DNA from: a virus
IMG/VR virus record: IMGVR_UViG_3300043399_000509
Length of the DNA stretch: 64,000 nucleotides
Reading direction: 5' to 3' (one strand)
The translations under genes and the position numbers were made by a program. Shown here one piece after another: positions 21,332 through 31,664 of the stretch; positions within the stretch are counted from its first letter, which is position 1; each line of letters starts with the position of its first letter. Below the pieces are notes generated by a model, which worked only from the letters and a program-made list of their open reading frames with translations, made no database searches and had not been told where the DNA came from.

Positions 21332-22027
21332 TTACACCAATCTTCTCAAATATCTTGCGTTACCATTTTTTGTTAAAATGTTGAGTTCTTCAACAATTCT
21401 TGGATAGTATTCTGGTTTGATAATCTTTATTGAACGCTTACTTTCATTCAGTTCTAATTCATAATCATAGTTGGATACTGTATTTTTCTTGGTTATCTGT
21501 ACTACGGTTGTGCCATTACCCATATTGATAGTTTCTACATCCTGTGTATCTGTTGTATTTTCCCAAGTGTCATATGGAACATCCAAATCATTTGTTGTTA
21601 ACTGTTTTTTATCTACCCAAAATCTTTTTTCTGTGATTATTCCGGTCAGAGATTCTTCTCTTGTGATTATTCTTTCATAATGATGTATTGTTGTTTTTGC
21701 TGTTTCTATTGAGCCATATTTGTTTATGATATACTTTGTAAAATCTCGTGAGTTTAGAGGCCAATCATATTGAGGATCAATCATATCATTGGCAAAAAGA
21801 ATAACCCAATGTGCTTCGGATGATCCATAGATATTGAATGCCAGAATATCTGGTGTGTCAGACTCTTTTACCAGATACTCATAGTATGCTGAACTGTTTG
21901 TTATGACATCACGCACTATTCTTAATCTAAATAAAATGTTTGTTGGATAGTCATAGGTTGTTGGTTTTACCTTTCCACCAGAAATATCATAAAGAACTTT
22001 TGGAAATAGATCAAAAAACTCTGCCAT
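21332..22027 (-). CDS. gp53: Baseplate wedge subunit
   Basis: FPKVLY, TPDILA..YG...HWVILFAN...YDWPL, YELELNESKRSIK. Confidence 0.85.
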   Translation of the reverse strand: MAEFFDLFPKVLYDISGGKVKPTTYDYPTNILFRLRIVRDVITNSSAYYEYLVKESDTPDILAFNIYGSSEAHWVILFANDMIDPQYDWPLNSRDFTKYIINKYGSIETAKTTIHHYERIITREESLTGIITEKRFWVDKKQLTTNDLDVPYDTWENTTDTQDVETINMGNGTTVVQITKKNTVSNYDYELELNESKRSIKIIKPEYYPRIVEELNILTKNGNARYLRRLV

Positions 22028-22030
22028 GTA

Positions 22031-23062
22031 TTAGAATCCTTGTCTTACACGTTTCTTATGAATTGGCTCTATCTCTCTAAAACCAAGGCTCAATCTTACT
22101 GCAACTGGATGACCATTCCTAAATGTTGAATAAACACCACTTGGGGCATAATCAACTTCACATCTCTCCAGAACACAAGTGTTTATGCGTAGGATATTTG
22201 TGTTTTCCTGTCCCTTGTTCATAAAGGTAATATCAAACTCAGCAGGCGGAATCCAGTAGAACCCTCCAGCAACATTACCAAATAAAGGAACAGAGCCGGG
22301 AGCACTTAGTTCTGGTGCAGCATGAAATCTAAGTGTTTTGATTATCGCCTGTAATGATAATGACTCTTTTTCGTTACGAGGTGCAAGTAGAAACTCAAAT
22401 ACAAACTGTCTTTGTGGGGTGTTGGCAAATAGAATCTCAACAGCAGGATTGATTGGATAACCACCTAATCGAGCTACAGTTCCAATGGTGCTACCAGTTG
22501 CATCACTTATTGGTCTGGATTGTCCACCAATAACAGATTCCATTGCCTGTGTAGCGGACCTTGCAAGTGTTGATAAAAATCCTCCGGCATATCCAGCAGC
22601 ACCCATCAAGGCCTCTCCACCCAAGGCAGTAAGAGATACTTCCTGATACATATTTTGCCCATTATAGACAAGAGGTGTGGGCATATATAGAGCAATAGAT
22701 TCGGCTATTCTTCTGGTCTCACGTTCCAGAGCAAAGTTTGTGGGACCTATTTGTCCTGGAGAAATAAGACCATCTCGTAGTCTTAAGGTGTCAACCTTTG
22801 ATAGCTCATTACCTAGAACAGTTACTTCATTTTCTAATCCAGTTAGATTGGTTCTGTTCTGTCCGCTTGATACAGGGACATTGATATTGATAATCATATA
22901 ATGACCAATATCATCCATACCAACATTATCAGGAAACACCCTATATGAAAAATCATATCTTGACTGTGCCAAATCTCTTGTGAAATCATCACTTGGGTTT
23001 GGCGTTTGTGTATTATTTTGAGTATTTGTAGAAGTGAACGCTTCTCCTAAGATTCCTGGCAT
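22031..23062 (-). CDS. gp48: Baseplate tail-tube cap
   Basis: IALYMP, INPAVEILF, RQFVFEF..PRNEKE, CVL..CEVDY, LGFREIE. Confidence 0.8.
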   Translation of the reverse strand: MPGILGEAFTSTNTQNNTQTPNPSDDFTRDLAQSRYDFSYRVFPDNVGMDDIGHYMIININVPVSSGQNRTNLTGLENEVTVLGNELSKVDTLRLRDGLISPGQIGPTNFALERETRRIAESIALYMPTPLVYNGQNMYQEVSLTALGGEALMGAAGYAGGFLSTLARSATQAMESVIGGQSRPISDATGSTIGTVARLGGYPINPAVEILFANTPQRQFVFEFLLAPRNEKESLSLQAIIKTLRFHAAPELSAPGSVPLFGNVAGGFYWIPPAEFDITFMNKGQENTNILRINTCVLERCEVDYAPSGVYSTFRNGHPVAVRLSLGFREIEPIHKKRVRQGF

Positions 23063-23138
23063 GTATGAAGATTGTCCTTTTACGATATATAGCCGTTATC
23101 TATATATTTATACTGCATTACAAAAAATATATAGGTCC

Positions 23139-23582
23139 ATGGTAAAAACATATAAAGGTAAGTTCTCACCCAAAAATCCCAAGAAATACAAGGGAGACCC
23201 AACAAATATAATATATAGGTCATCCTGGGAAAGAAAGTTCTTTCAATATTGTGATGAGACCGAGGATATTGTATCCTGGGCATCAGAAGAAATGTCTGTT
23301 GGTTATTTATCTCCAAAGGATAATCGCTGGCATAGATACTTCCCGGATGTTATTATTCAGGCACGCCAAAAAGATGGTTCAATAAAAACTATCATGATAG
23401 AGATAAAACCACATAAAGAAACCGTGGAACCAAAAGTAAAGCGTAAAAAGAACCTACAATATATCACCGAAGTTGTCACCTGGGGTGTAAATCAGGCCAA
23501 ATGGAAGTATGCCGAAGAATATTGTAAGGATAGGGGCTGGGAGTTCAAGGTACTAACTGAGAAAGACTTATTTGGGAAATAA
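23139..23582 (+). CDS. gp4: Head completion nuclease
   Basis: YKGKFSPKNPKKYKGDPTNIIYRSSWE...YFPD...EIKP...NQAKW; start moved to ATG 23139. Confidence 0.9.
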   Translation: MVKTYKGKFSPKNPKKYKGDPTNIIYRSSWERKFFQYCDETEDIVSWASEEMSVGYLSPKDNRWHRYFPDVIIQARQKDGSIKTIMIEIKPHKETVEPKVKRKKNLQYITEVVTWGVNQAKWKYAEEYCKDRGWEFKVLTEKDLFGK

Positions 23583-23590
23583 ATAATAAT

Positions 23591-24094
23591 ATGGCAAAAA
23601 AGTATCAACCAAAACAACTACAAGACTGGTTTCGAGGTAAGGCCCGTTCAGCAGCCGGATATAGAAAAAATATCATGGGCAACACTGAACGGTTGCGTAA
23701 TACTATTGGCATTGGTAAGATGTATTTCTTTTTCTATGATGCCAAGCATAAGGACAAACTTCCTGTATGGGACAGATTCCCCATGGTATTTCCTATTGAG
23801 AGATACGGAGATGGATTTTTAGGAATCAACCTCCACTACCTGAGTGTGAATGAAAGAAAAGAACTACTCGATAAACTCATGGGGTTTGCCAATAATAAGA
23901 AGCTGACACCAAATACCAGATTGCAGTTGTCATATGACTTGCTTCAATCAACCAAGTCTCTGGCATCATTATCCAGACCATGCATCAAAAGATATCTATA
24001 TTCACAGATGAGAAGTAGATTTGTTGAAATCCATGCGAGCGAATGGGATAAAGTTGTGGAACTACCAACCGAAGAATTTGTAAGGAAACCATAA
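23591..24094 (+). CDS. gp2: DNA end protector
   Basis: YFFFYDAKHKDKLP.WDRFP...GINLHYL...CIKRYL. Confidence 0.9.
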   Translation: MAKKYQPKQLQDWFRGKARSAAGYRKNIMGNTERLRNTIGIGKMYFFFYDAKHKDKLPVWDRFPMVFPIERYGDGFLGINLHYLSVNERKELLDKLMGFANNKKLTPNTRLQLSYDLLQSTKSLASLSRPCIKRYLYSQMRSRFVEIHASEWDKVVELPTEEFVRKP

Positions 24095-24100
24095 CACAAA

Positions 24101-24751
24101 ATGGCATCATATCCAATAACAAACGCACCAACAAAACTATCACCAAATGACTTCAAGGCAGTCAATGATAAATATGATAGTTTGGCAAAAGCAGCAAGAT
24201 TTGCTGCCATCATAAGACCAGTTGGTGAATATCTCTTACCTTATAGTTCATTTTCACAGGACCTGACATATCTTTGTGAAATGGGTGAACTTCCAGGCCG
24301 TGGTATGATGAACATCGATGTTAGATACTATGGACCCAATCATAAACTTCCATTCCAGACTCAGTATGAAGATTTGAATCTAACTTTCCTGTGTAGAAAT
24401 AAATCTTTGGAAAGACAGTTCTTTGATGATTGGATGTTGATTATCAATCCTATAAACTCCTTTGACTTCAACTATCGAGACCAATACAGAGCAGAGATAG
24501 ATTTGTTTCAGTATAATGTTGTGGGACATCAACACACTGCTGAATATAAAATAACAGTGCATAATGCCTTTCCAGTGTTAATCAATCCACAACCCATGGC
24601 ATGGAGTGATGATCAGGTACAAAGATTGGTTGTATCTTTCACATATACTCATTGGAGCCGTAAGGGTTATGATCCAGAGCCAAGAGGCGGAGAGCCACCA
24701 AACTGGTCTTATAACTTGTTTGAAGGTAAAACAAATGTGCCACGACCATAG
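24101..24751 (+). CDS. gp54: Baseplate tail-tube initiator
   Basis: Tail-tube-like fold motifs LCE..ELPG, LTFL, FFDDW, AFP, VSFTY; synteny. Confidence 0.65.
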   Translation: MASYPITNAPTKLSPNDFKAVNDKYDSLAKAARFAAIIRPVGEYLLPYSSFSQDLTYLCEMGELPGRGMMNIDVRYYGPNHKLPFQTQYEDLNLTFLCRNKSLERQFFDDWMLIINPINSFDFNYRDQYRAEIDLFQYNVVGHQHTAEYKITVHNAFPVLINPQPMAWSDDQVQRLVVSFTYTHWSRKGYDPEPRGGEPPNWSYNLFEGKTNVPRP

Positions 24752-24776
24752 TAAATATAAAGGATGATTTTGATAC

Positions 24777-25505
24777 ATGATACCAAAAGTAGATTTACCG
24801 ATATACGAACTAACCTTACCGTCAAACGGTAGGAAGATTCGAATACGACCATTTATTGTCAAGGAAGAAAAACTTCTTCTTATGGCTGTTGAATCTAATG
24901 ACGAACAAACAATCATAGATACAACAAAACAAATCCTGAATAACTGTATTGTTGATGGACAGGATTTCAATATTGACAAACTACCTTTCTTTGATGTTGA
25001 TTATCTGTTCATATCACTGAGAGCAAAGTCAATAGGCGAATCTGTTGATATCAACTATACCTGTAATAATACTATTGCTGATAGAGGTAGATGTGGAAAT
25101 GTCTTTCCTGCAAAGATTGATGTTGGCAACTGCTCTGTTACAAAGGATGATACCATATCCAAGGATGTTAGACTGTCTGGTAGTATGACAGTTAAGATGA
25201 AGTATCCAAACTATACTACAATGAAAAAGATTCTTGATAATGATAATGTTATCAACAAGAAAATAAACATCATTGCAGGTTCAATAGAAATGATTCAGGA
25301 TGGAGATAATATCTACACATCCAAGGATTTCACAAAACAAGAACTTATTGAGTTTATTGAAAACTTGACACAAGAACAATACAGAAAACTAGAATACTTT
25401 GTCGATAACTTTCCGTCATTTGTGATAACCACAGAAGCAATGTGTCCTGCCTGTGGATATACACATAAACTCGAATATAAGGATTTCGCAAGTTTTTTCG
25501 TCTAA
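24777..25505 (+). CDS. gp26: Baseplate hub subunit
   Basis: YELTLPS...RPFIVKEEKLLL...LRAKSIGE...CPACG...SFF. Confidence 0.85.
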   Translation: MIPKVDLPIYELTLPSNGRKIRIRPFIVKEEKLLLMAVESNDEQTIIDTTKQILNNCIVDGQDFNIDKLPFFDVDYLFISLRAKSIGESVDINYTCNNTIADRGRCGNVFPAKIDVGNCSVTKDDTISKDVRLSGSMTVKMKYPNYTTMKKILDNDNVINKKINIIAGSIEMIQDGDNIYTSKDFTKQELIEFIENLTQEQYRKLEYFVDNFPSFVITTEAMCPACGYTHKLEYKDFASFFV

Positions 25506-25717
25506 TGCTTGGTTATGATACATTGATGAACCATTTTAAAACTAACTTTTCACTGATGCAGCACCACAAATACTCACTACACGATATAGAAAATATGATG
25601 CCCTGGGAAAAGTTTTTGTATGTAGATTTGTTGAAGCAATATATTAAAGAACAACAAGATTTACAGCGTGACCAAGCAGCAGCAAGACGAGCACAAGCAA
25701 ACATAGGTAAAAGATAA
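25505..25717 (+). CDS. gp51: Baseplate hub assembly catalyst
   Basis: NFSLMQHHKYSLHDIENMMPWE motif. Confidence 0.85.
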   Translation: MLGYDTLMNHFKTNFSLMQHHKYSLHDIENMMPWEKFLYVDLLKQYIKEQQDLQRDQAAARRAQANIGKR

Positions 25718-25719
25718 AG

Positions 25720-28700
25720 ATGGCCAGACCAGAAGACTTAACAGTAGACTATAAGAAACTATTAAAACTTTCTGTCACGGACAGAGTTCAAATGGCAAGA
25801 AGTCCTATTGGACAAAGTTATCTGGCATCTTTGACACCAAGTCAGTATAATTCATTATTTCCTTCATATTATAAAAACTCTGTTCCATCATATTCAGCAG
25901 TATCATCTGGTGGTGGTTCCGCTGCTGGTGGTGGTGCAGTAAGTGGTGGAGGTGGTGGGGGTGAAGCAACGACACCATCAACCACAACACCTTCTACATC
26001 CTCAAGCACAACAATATCTTCGGCAACTAAACCAGCATGGCTTCAAAGATTTGAGGCTTCTGTTTTAGCTAAGGTACAAGAAACTGCTGGACCTGTAACA
26101 GCAGATAATACAGGTAGGGTAAATGCAACATCTTTTAGAAATTCAATGATATCTAAGATTCAAAATTCAAGGTTGAATGGTTTTGTTCCTCCTGATGGTG
26201 AGAGATATGGAATTAAGAAAGGCACACCACAAGAATGGGCCAACTATTTTACTGGATTGGCAATGCATGAATCAGGTCTAAAAACAGGAACAGTTGGTGA
26301 TGTTGGTAGATTTGCAGGAAACTCAAATGGTTTGTTTCAATTATCACCTAATGATGCGACAACATATAAAATTCAAAACAAACCATTTACTATAGAACAA
26401 TTGAGAGACCCAAACTTTAATGCTGATGTTGCTCTAAAAATTCATGAACATTGGCTTGTCACAAAGAAAAAAGGCATTTTAGATGGTGCTGGAAAATATT
26501 GGGGTCCTATTAGTAGAGAAGGTTGGACACCAGGAAAAGGTAGAGATTCAGGTTTACCTTGGAGAGAGTGGGAAAAGGATAGTATATTTCCATCAGGGCC
26601 ACCATCAGCAGCAACAGATGTTCAAAAACAAAGACTACAAACAGACGATGCTGCCGAAACACGGTTGTCTCCTGAACAGGCAAATAAGACTGTGGCAAAT
26701 ATGGCCACAGGCAAAATTCCTCTTAATGAACAAATGCTTAAAAATGCCATGACAGTTTTAGGTAGAAATGAAAATAAAGATACCAAAGTCTTGATGGAAT
26801 ATTTTAGGAAAGGTGGAGTTAACTGGGACCCCCGTGGCAAAAATCATTGGTGTGGTGTTTTCGTACAATCATCCTTGGCACAAGCAGGTGTTAAAGGAAC
26901 AAAAGGTTATACTATAGCAAGTAATTGGTTAAATTGGGGACATGAGGTAAATGCACAGGATGTGAAGCCTGGGGATGTTCTAGCACTAACTGTTTATAGA
27001 GGTCGTGGTGGTGGAAAAATAACACCCGGAGCTACTGGTGGGCATGTTGGTATGGCCACTGGAAAAACCAAGGTAGAAAATGGTGTACTTTATGTTCAAA
27101 TGTATGGTGGAAACCAAAGCAATGCAGCAACACTTCAATGGTATCCAGCATCAAAATTATCTGTTAGGCGAGCACCTGAATTTATGGGTGATGCTGACTC
27201 AAGACAAAGAGCAACAGAACTTGAAAGTCTAGGATTAAATCCATTTGATGCAGAAAAAATGGGTAAACAAACAGCAGGGAATGTTTCTCCCGGTATCATA
27301 GATATGCCAGCCCCGGAAGGATATGAAAATTTACCTGAACCATTACGAAAAGAAATAGAAGCAATGCCTGTGGATCAAAGACATTATTTATATGGCCTTA
27401 TGTCAAAAGCACAAGAAGCTGGTATCGACCCAATCTCTGGTCTTAGCACAGCATTTCAGGCATCAAAAAATAATCCAACAGCGGTTGTTCAAACAATACA
27501 AGAAGCACCACCAGGAAAGATTCCTGAAATTTTGGCTGGGAATTTTGAAGTGTTGGATAGGAGTAGAGAACAACTTTCAAGGAAAGAAATTCAAAGTACA
27601 AAAGGAAACAGAGTAGTTTCCCTAGACTTTAATGCAACACCAGGGGCTAAGGGTGTAGAAATCGTCATTCCTGATGATGCAACAGATGAAGAAAAGGCAG
27701 CCGCACAAAACTATGTTGCGTCTGTAAAGAAATATTTCGAAGACAGAGGATATAAAAATTATCCAGTTAGAGGTGTAAGACAAACATCGACAAACAAAAG
27801 AGGTGTTCCTGGATTTTTTCACACAGAGCCATTTTTCTCGACAGATAAAGAGGCTGTTGATATTATATCAAAAGACCCAGGCGGATATGCATCCGTTGTT
27901 GCATCAACCCTTGGTTCTTTACCTGGAACAAAATTTATTCCACCCCATATGGAAGAATCTCAAGGTGCATCTATACCAAAAGGACCAAGTGAAAGGCAAT
28001 TTGCACTAGACAAACTTATTCCTGAATTGAGAAAAATAAAGGAAGCTGCAATGGATGATGCTAGTGAAAAACCATTAGTATCAACATCCGCTCCACAACA
28101 AACTGCTCCACAAGTACCAACACCAACACCAGAATCCCCTACTGCTACTCCTGTTGTTTCTGCGTCTGCACCACCATCAGTAAGATTTCAGGACATGGAT
28201 TTGGGTGGAGCAAAGAGACCCAACTTTACTGAGGCAGAGTTAGAAGCGATAAATCTTACTCCCGGTGCGGCTGAAAAGATTGCAAAGGGAATACGAGAGA
28301 ATCCAATGGCATCATCTATTTTTGCCAGCCCATCTGCTGTAAGAAGTGGAGTTCTCGCAAAATCACCTGAACTAAAAAAGTTTTCTGGCATGTCTCCAGA
28401 AGACCAACAAAAAAGGCTGCAAGAACTAAAACAGAAAGCAACTCCTGCACCTGCACCAGAACAACCAAAACAGGAACAGACTGCACCAACTGCAACTCCT
28501 GCTGAAGCCCCTGCACCAGAGGCAGCACCAAAGACAGAAGAAAAGCCAAAAGCATTAGCAACTGGTGGTTTGGTTGATATTCCTCCCGGTGAAGACATTG
28601 CTGGTGTGAATATGAAAACTGGTAAGACAGAGTTCTATGCCAATAATAGAGAAGCTGTTTCTGTTAAAAATGGTAAGCTTAAAGTTGATCCTGCGTCTCT

Positions 28701-28929
28701 GGTCAATAATGATCAGCCTTTATATGGAAATGTTCAGCAGGAACCACAACAGCAACAGCCACAAAACATGGCAAGTATGTCTAGTTCATCTGCACCAATG
28801 AGACCAAATATGTCGGGTGTTGTCAATAGGTTTATGAATATTCATCCTGATACACCATCAGCACAAAGACATGTTACTCAAACATATTATGATTCATACC
28901 GGCGAGGAACAAACTTCAATATGGGATAA
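25720..28929 (+). CDS. gp29-like hub/tape-measure protein with lytic transglycosylase, CHAP/NlpC-like and amidase-like domains
   Basis: HESG...GLFQ (SLT); HWCGVFV...W.NWG...GHVG...GGNQSN (TIGR02594-like); position after gp51. Confidence 0.65.
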   Translation: MARPEDLTVDYKKLLKLSVTDRVQMARSPIGQSYLASLTPSQYNSLFPSYYKNSVPSYSAVSSGGGSAAGGGAVSGGGGGGEATTPSTTTPSTSSSTTISSATKPAWLQRFEASVLAKVQETAGPVTADNTGRVNATSFRNSMISKIQNSRLNGFVPPDGERYGIKKGTPQEWANYFTGLAMHESGLKTGTVGDVGRFAGNSNGLFQLSPNDATTYKIQNKPFTIEQLRDPNFNADVALKIHEHWLVTKKKGILDGAGKYWGPISREGWTPGKGRDSGLPWREWEKDSIFPSGPPSAATDVQKQRLQTDDAAETRLSPEQANKTVANMATGKIPLNEQMLKNAMTVLGRNENKDTKVLMEYFRKGGVNWDPRGKNHWCGVFVQSSLAQAGVKGTKGYTIASNWLNWGHEVNAQDVKPGDVLALTVYRGRGGGKITPGATGGHVGMATGKTKVENGVLYVQMYGGNQSNAATLQWYPASKLSVRRAPEFMGDADSRQRATELESLGLNPFDAEKMGKQTAGNVSPGIIDMPAPEGYENLPEPLRKEIEAMPVDQRHYLYGLMSKAQEAGIDPISGLSTAFQASKNNPTAVVQTIQEAPPGKIPEILAGNFEVLDRSREQLSRKEIQSTKGNRVVSLDFNATPGAKGVEIVIPDDATDEEKAAAQNYVASVKKYFEDRGYKNYPVRGVRQTSTNKRGVPGFFHTEPFFSTDKEAVDIISKDPGGYASVVASTLGSLPGTKFIPPHMEESQGASIPKGPSERQFALDKLIPELRKIKEAAMDDASEKPLVSTSAPQQTAPQVPTPTPESPTATPVVSASAPPSVRFQDMDLGGAKRPNFTEAELEAINLTPGAAEKIAKGIRENPMASSIFASPSAVRSGVLAKSPELKKFSGMSPEDQQKRLQELKQKATPAPAPEQPKQEQTAPTATPAEAPAPEAAPKTEEKPKALATGGLVDIPPGEDIAGVNMKTGKTEFYANNREAVSVKNGKLKVDPASLVNNDQPLYGNVQQEPQQQQPQNMASMSSSSAPMRPNMSGVVNRFMNIHPDTPSAQRHVTQTYYDSYRRGTNFNMG

Positions 28930-28930
28930 T

Positions 28931-28961
28931 AAAAAAGAGGGGAATCAAATCCCCTCTTTTT
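28931..28961. terminator. Bidirectional intrinsic terminator between convergent genes
   Basis: aaaaaagagggga-atcaaa-tcccctctttttt. Confidence 0.85.
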
Positions 28962-28967
28962 CAACTC

Positions 28968-29879
28968 TTACTCAGCCAAGGCCCTAAATGCCTTTAGATC
29001 ATCATCCTCATCGTCTAGGAAAGGAATCTCATCATCAACAATAGGTGTCTTGCGTGTAGGTGGTGCGGCATTGGTTGCTGGTGCCTTTGCGGCAACAGGT
29101 GAACCTGCACCATTTAAATCAAGGACTTCATTGAGCCTACGCTTCAACTCATCATATGACTTGAACTTATCGGGTGAAACAAACTCAGCAAGAGAATACT
29201 CACTCTTGTAAATCCGTTCCAACTTTGAATCGTCTTCTGAGATTGGTGAAGGACTATCAAACACAGATTGCTCATAGTTTGGATAACCATCCACCATACG
29301 AATACGCAACTTGAAGTTCGCACCCTTCCACAAATCAAATACTGGAATAGGCTTCTCATCAGCAAACTCTGGCTTCCATGCAGCCATGATCTTATCAAAG
29401 ATTTTCTTTCCGTACTGGAATAGAAAAACCTTGCCGTTGTTTTCTGGGTGGGCAGGATCAGACACAACAAGGATATTGGAAATATACCGCAACCGACGCT
29501 TTTGTGCTCGTGCCTGCTTACGGGCAGGAGAGTTATCATCTGTTGTGGAGTTCCAAAGAACTGTATTGTATTCTGATACAGGGTCCTTATGACCTTTACC
29601 AAAGGTGGTTAGTGATTTCTCAATATACCACTTGCCTGTTGGTCCTTGAAATCCATGATCCCAGAACCGAACCCAGGGTAGAGCATCATCACCATCAGCT
29701 TCACATGGAGGCAGGAACCGAATAATAGCAGAGCCGTTACCGGCCTTGTCACGCTCAAGTTTCCAAAAGCGAGTGTCTTCTGTCTTTTCGGTTTCTGGGG
29801 ATGTGATGGCCTCAATTTCACGAGTAATGCGTTCGTTGAGTGCTTCTGATGACTTCTTTAGTTTAGCAAAATCTACCAT
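28968..29879 (-). CDS. gp32: Single-stranded DNA-binding protein
   Basis: DTRFWK, GNGSAIIRFLP, HGFQGPTGKWYIE, YGKKIFDKI, acidic tail. Confidence 0.95.
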   Translation of the reverse strand: MVDFAKLKKSSEALNERITREIEAITSPETEKTEDTRFWKLERDKAGNGSAIIRFLPPCEADGDDALPWVRFWDHGFQGPTGKWYIEKSLTTFGKGHKDPVSEYNTVLWNSTTDDNSPARKQARAQKRRLRYISNILVVSDPAHPENNGKVFLFQYGKKIFDKIMAAWKPEFADEKPIPVFDLWKGANFKLRIRMVDGYPNYEQSVFDSPSPISEDDSKLERIYKSEYSLAEFVSPDKFKSYDELKRRLNEVLDLNGAGSPVAAKAPATNAAPPTRKTPIVDDEIPFLDDEDDDLKAFRALAE

Positions 29880-29972
29880 TTTTGTATGTCTCCGTATGTT
29901 TTGTATGTCAATGTATAGCAGTGTATGGTCTTCTTAGTGTAATCGACTGGAGTTGCCCCCAATCTTCCCACC

Positions 29973-30001
29973 ATATTAGTATAGAAACTGTTCGTTGTCA
30001 A
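29973..30001 (-). promoter_or_regulatory. Sigma70-type promoter for gp32
   Basis: TTGACA-17-TAATAT. Confidence 0.6.
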
Positions 30002-30230
30002 TACCAAAACGGTGATATTCTTCGTGTAGTTCTTGTATTTCTTCTTGGCTCAGTGGTTCGATGATAACCTGTTGTGTCAAAACTCTATGCTCTAATTCCT
30101 CCACCTTAGGTAAGGTTTCAGCAAGGGTCTTACCCAATCCCATTAGATAATCATCATATGATGGAAGATTTGTGCCTATCAAATGTAGTCCAACAATAGT
30201 AGCCATAATCATTACCTCGATACCTTCCAC
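29976..30230 (-). CDS. Hypothetical protein
   Basis: ORF in operon context. Confidence 0.45.
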   Translation of the reverse strand: MEGIEVMIMATIVGLHLIGTNLPSYDDYLMGLGKTLAETLPKVEELEHRVLTQQVIIEPLSQEEIQELHEEYHRFGIDNEQFLY

Positions 30231-30802
30231 TTATTATATTCAGCCAACAGTATTGGATTGTTTGTAAGCGAATCCTTGGATGAATATCCCAACTCTTTTC
30301 TTCTTTGAGACCAGGAACCAGGATGATAATCCCTGACCTTTTTATTTGATACCTTTGTTTCGGGTAGTGGAGGTGGCATACTTTTTAGTTTTTTGGTGTC
30401 ATTTTTTGATGATGATTTCTTTACATCATCGGCTGTATATACAGCTTTTATGGCCCTTTTCGAATAGACGATTCGTCTTACCTCAGTTTCCACTGCCTTC
30501 TTTACTTCATCTGGCGTCTTTGGTGTTTCAACTTCAGGTAAAGGTGGTGGTGTTTCCGCCACAACAGGTGAAGTATCATTCAAGACTTCTGGTTGTGTTA
30601 ATAGGTTTGGAATCTTTACAGGCAATGGTAAAGGTGGTGGAGATATTTGCATATCCTCTTTTGGTGCATCAGGCTTTGGGTCATCTTTGTCGGGAGTGCC
30701 ACCATCTGTTGTTTTGGTGATGCTTTGGTATGAAGCAACACCAGCAACCAAGCCCATAAGACCTAATACTGCCACCTGTAACTTTTGTCTAATGTCTAAC
30801 AC
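30212..30802 (-). CDS. Hypothetical membrane-anchored Pro/Lys-rich protein
   Basis: N-terminal hydrophobic helix, low-complexity body. Confidence 0.55.
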   Translation of the reverse strand: MLDIRQKLQVAVLGLMGLVAGVASYQSITKTTDGGTPDKDDPKPDAPKEDMQISPPPLPLPVKIPNLLTQPEVLNDTSPVVAETPPPLPEVETPKTPDEVKKAVETEVRRIVYSKRAIKAVYTADDVKKSSSKNDTKKLKSMPPPLPETKVSNKKVRDYHPGSWSQRRKELGYSSKDSLTNNPILLAEYNKWKVSR

Positions 30803-31437
30803 AACACATTTTCTCCTGATTGAACCTTATTGGTATCAGGGCTATTTATGTGTTCTTTTAGAAGTCTCTTACATTTTTCTCGGTCATATGTCAAGAAAGG
30901 TGTTAGTTTCACAATCATGTTTCTTATGTTAGACCAAATGAAATCATCCTGCCCCAACTGCTTATCAAAGATATGTACGAAAGGAATGAATGAGTTCAAC
31001 ACACATAAGGTTTCAATATGAATGGTATTTGACATACACAGATCAATAAGAACAGGATAGGTTGAGTTCTTTTCTTTGAAGATATTTGTTGGTGAGGATA
31101 TGTTATCAAATATATGATTTAGTTCACTCTGGAATGTGTAGGTGAATGACTGTGTTCTTTTGATATATTTTATGTAGATGTCTTCGGCTTCCTCATCCAT
31201 AAGGTCACCAATCCACCTACGGCCAGCAATGATATTGGCCAGAATGAAATCCTGCATTTCAACTGCATCATATGTTTTTGCTAGTTTGGCATACTTGAAT
31301 CTATCCCTATTTGTCTCAAACTTTTCTTTGGAGGTTTTTACCTTGCCATGATACTTGAAAAAGGAATAGTTCTTTTGTGTGAAATGGTTTCTAATAGCCA
31401 TGAACAAACAATAAGTCTGGTATGCATCAAGTTTCAT
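30796..31437 (-). CDS. gp59: Helicase loader
   Basis: HFTQKNYSFFKYHGK...RDRF...IETL...PF; adjacent to gp33 and gp32. Confidence 0.85.
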   Translation of the reverse strand: MKLDAYQTYCLFMAIRNHFTQKNYSFFKYHGKVKTSKEKFETNRDRFKYAKLAKTYDAVEMQDFILANIIAGRRWIGDLMDEEAEDIYIKYIKRTQSFTYTFQSELNHIFDNISSPTNIFKEKNSTYPVLIDLCMSNTIHIETLCVLNSFIPFVHIFDKQLGQDDFIWSNIRNMIVKLTPFLTYDREKCKRLLKEHINSPDTNKVQSGENVLC

Positions 31438-31664
31438 ATAGGTAGCTTGGATGTATTGCTCTTTGGAAGGAAATGTAGATTCTCTGCTTCGATCTTGATC
31501 TTTGATTTGAGTGAGGATGATATAAGCTTTGCAGCAACCTCAATCTCAAACCCGGTCTGCTCGCAATATAGCAGAACAGCATCCATGTATGACACATCTT
31601 TGTCTTCCACAATCTCTTCTATCTTGAATGAAAAGGTTGTGATTTCTTCTCTGCTTATCATCAT
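31434..31664 (-). CDS. gp33: Late transcription coactivator
   Basis: IEEIV...SYMDAVL.YCE...LKSKIKIEAENLHFL...KLPI; start trimmed to ATG 31664. Confidence 0.85.
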   Translation of the reverse strand: MMISREEITTFSFKIEEIVEDKDVSYMDAVLLYCEQTGFEIEVAAKLISSSLKSKIKIEAENLHFLPKSNTSKLPI

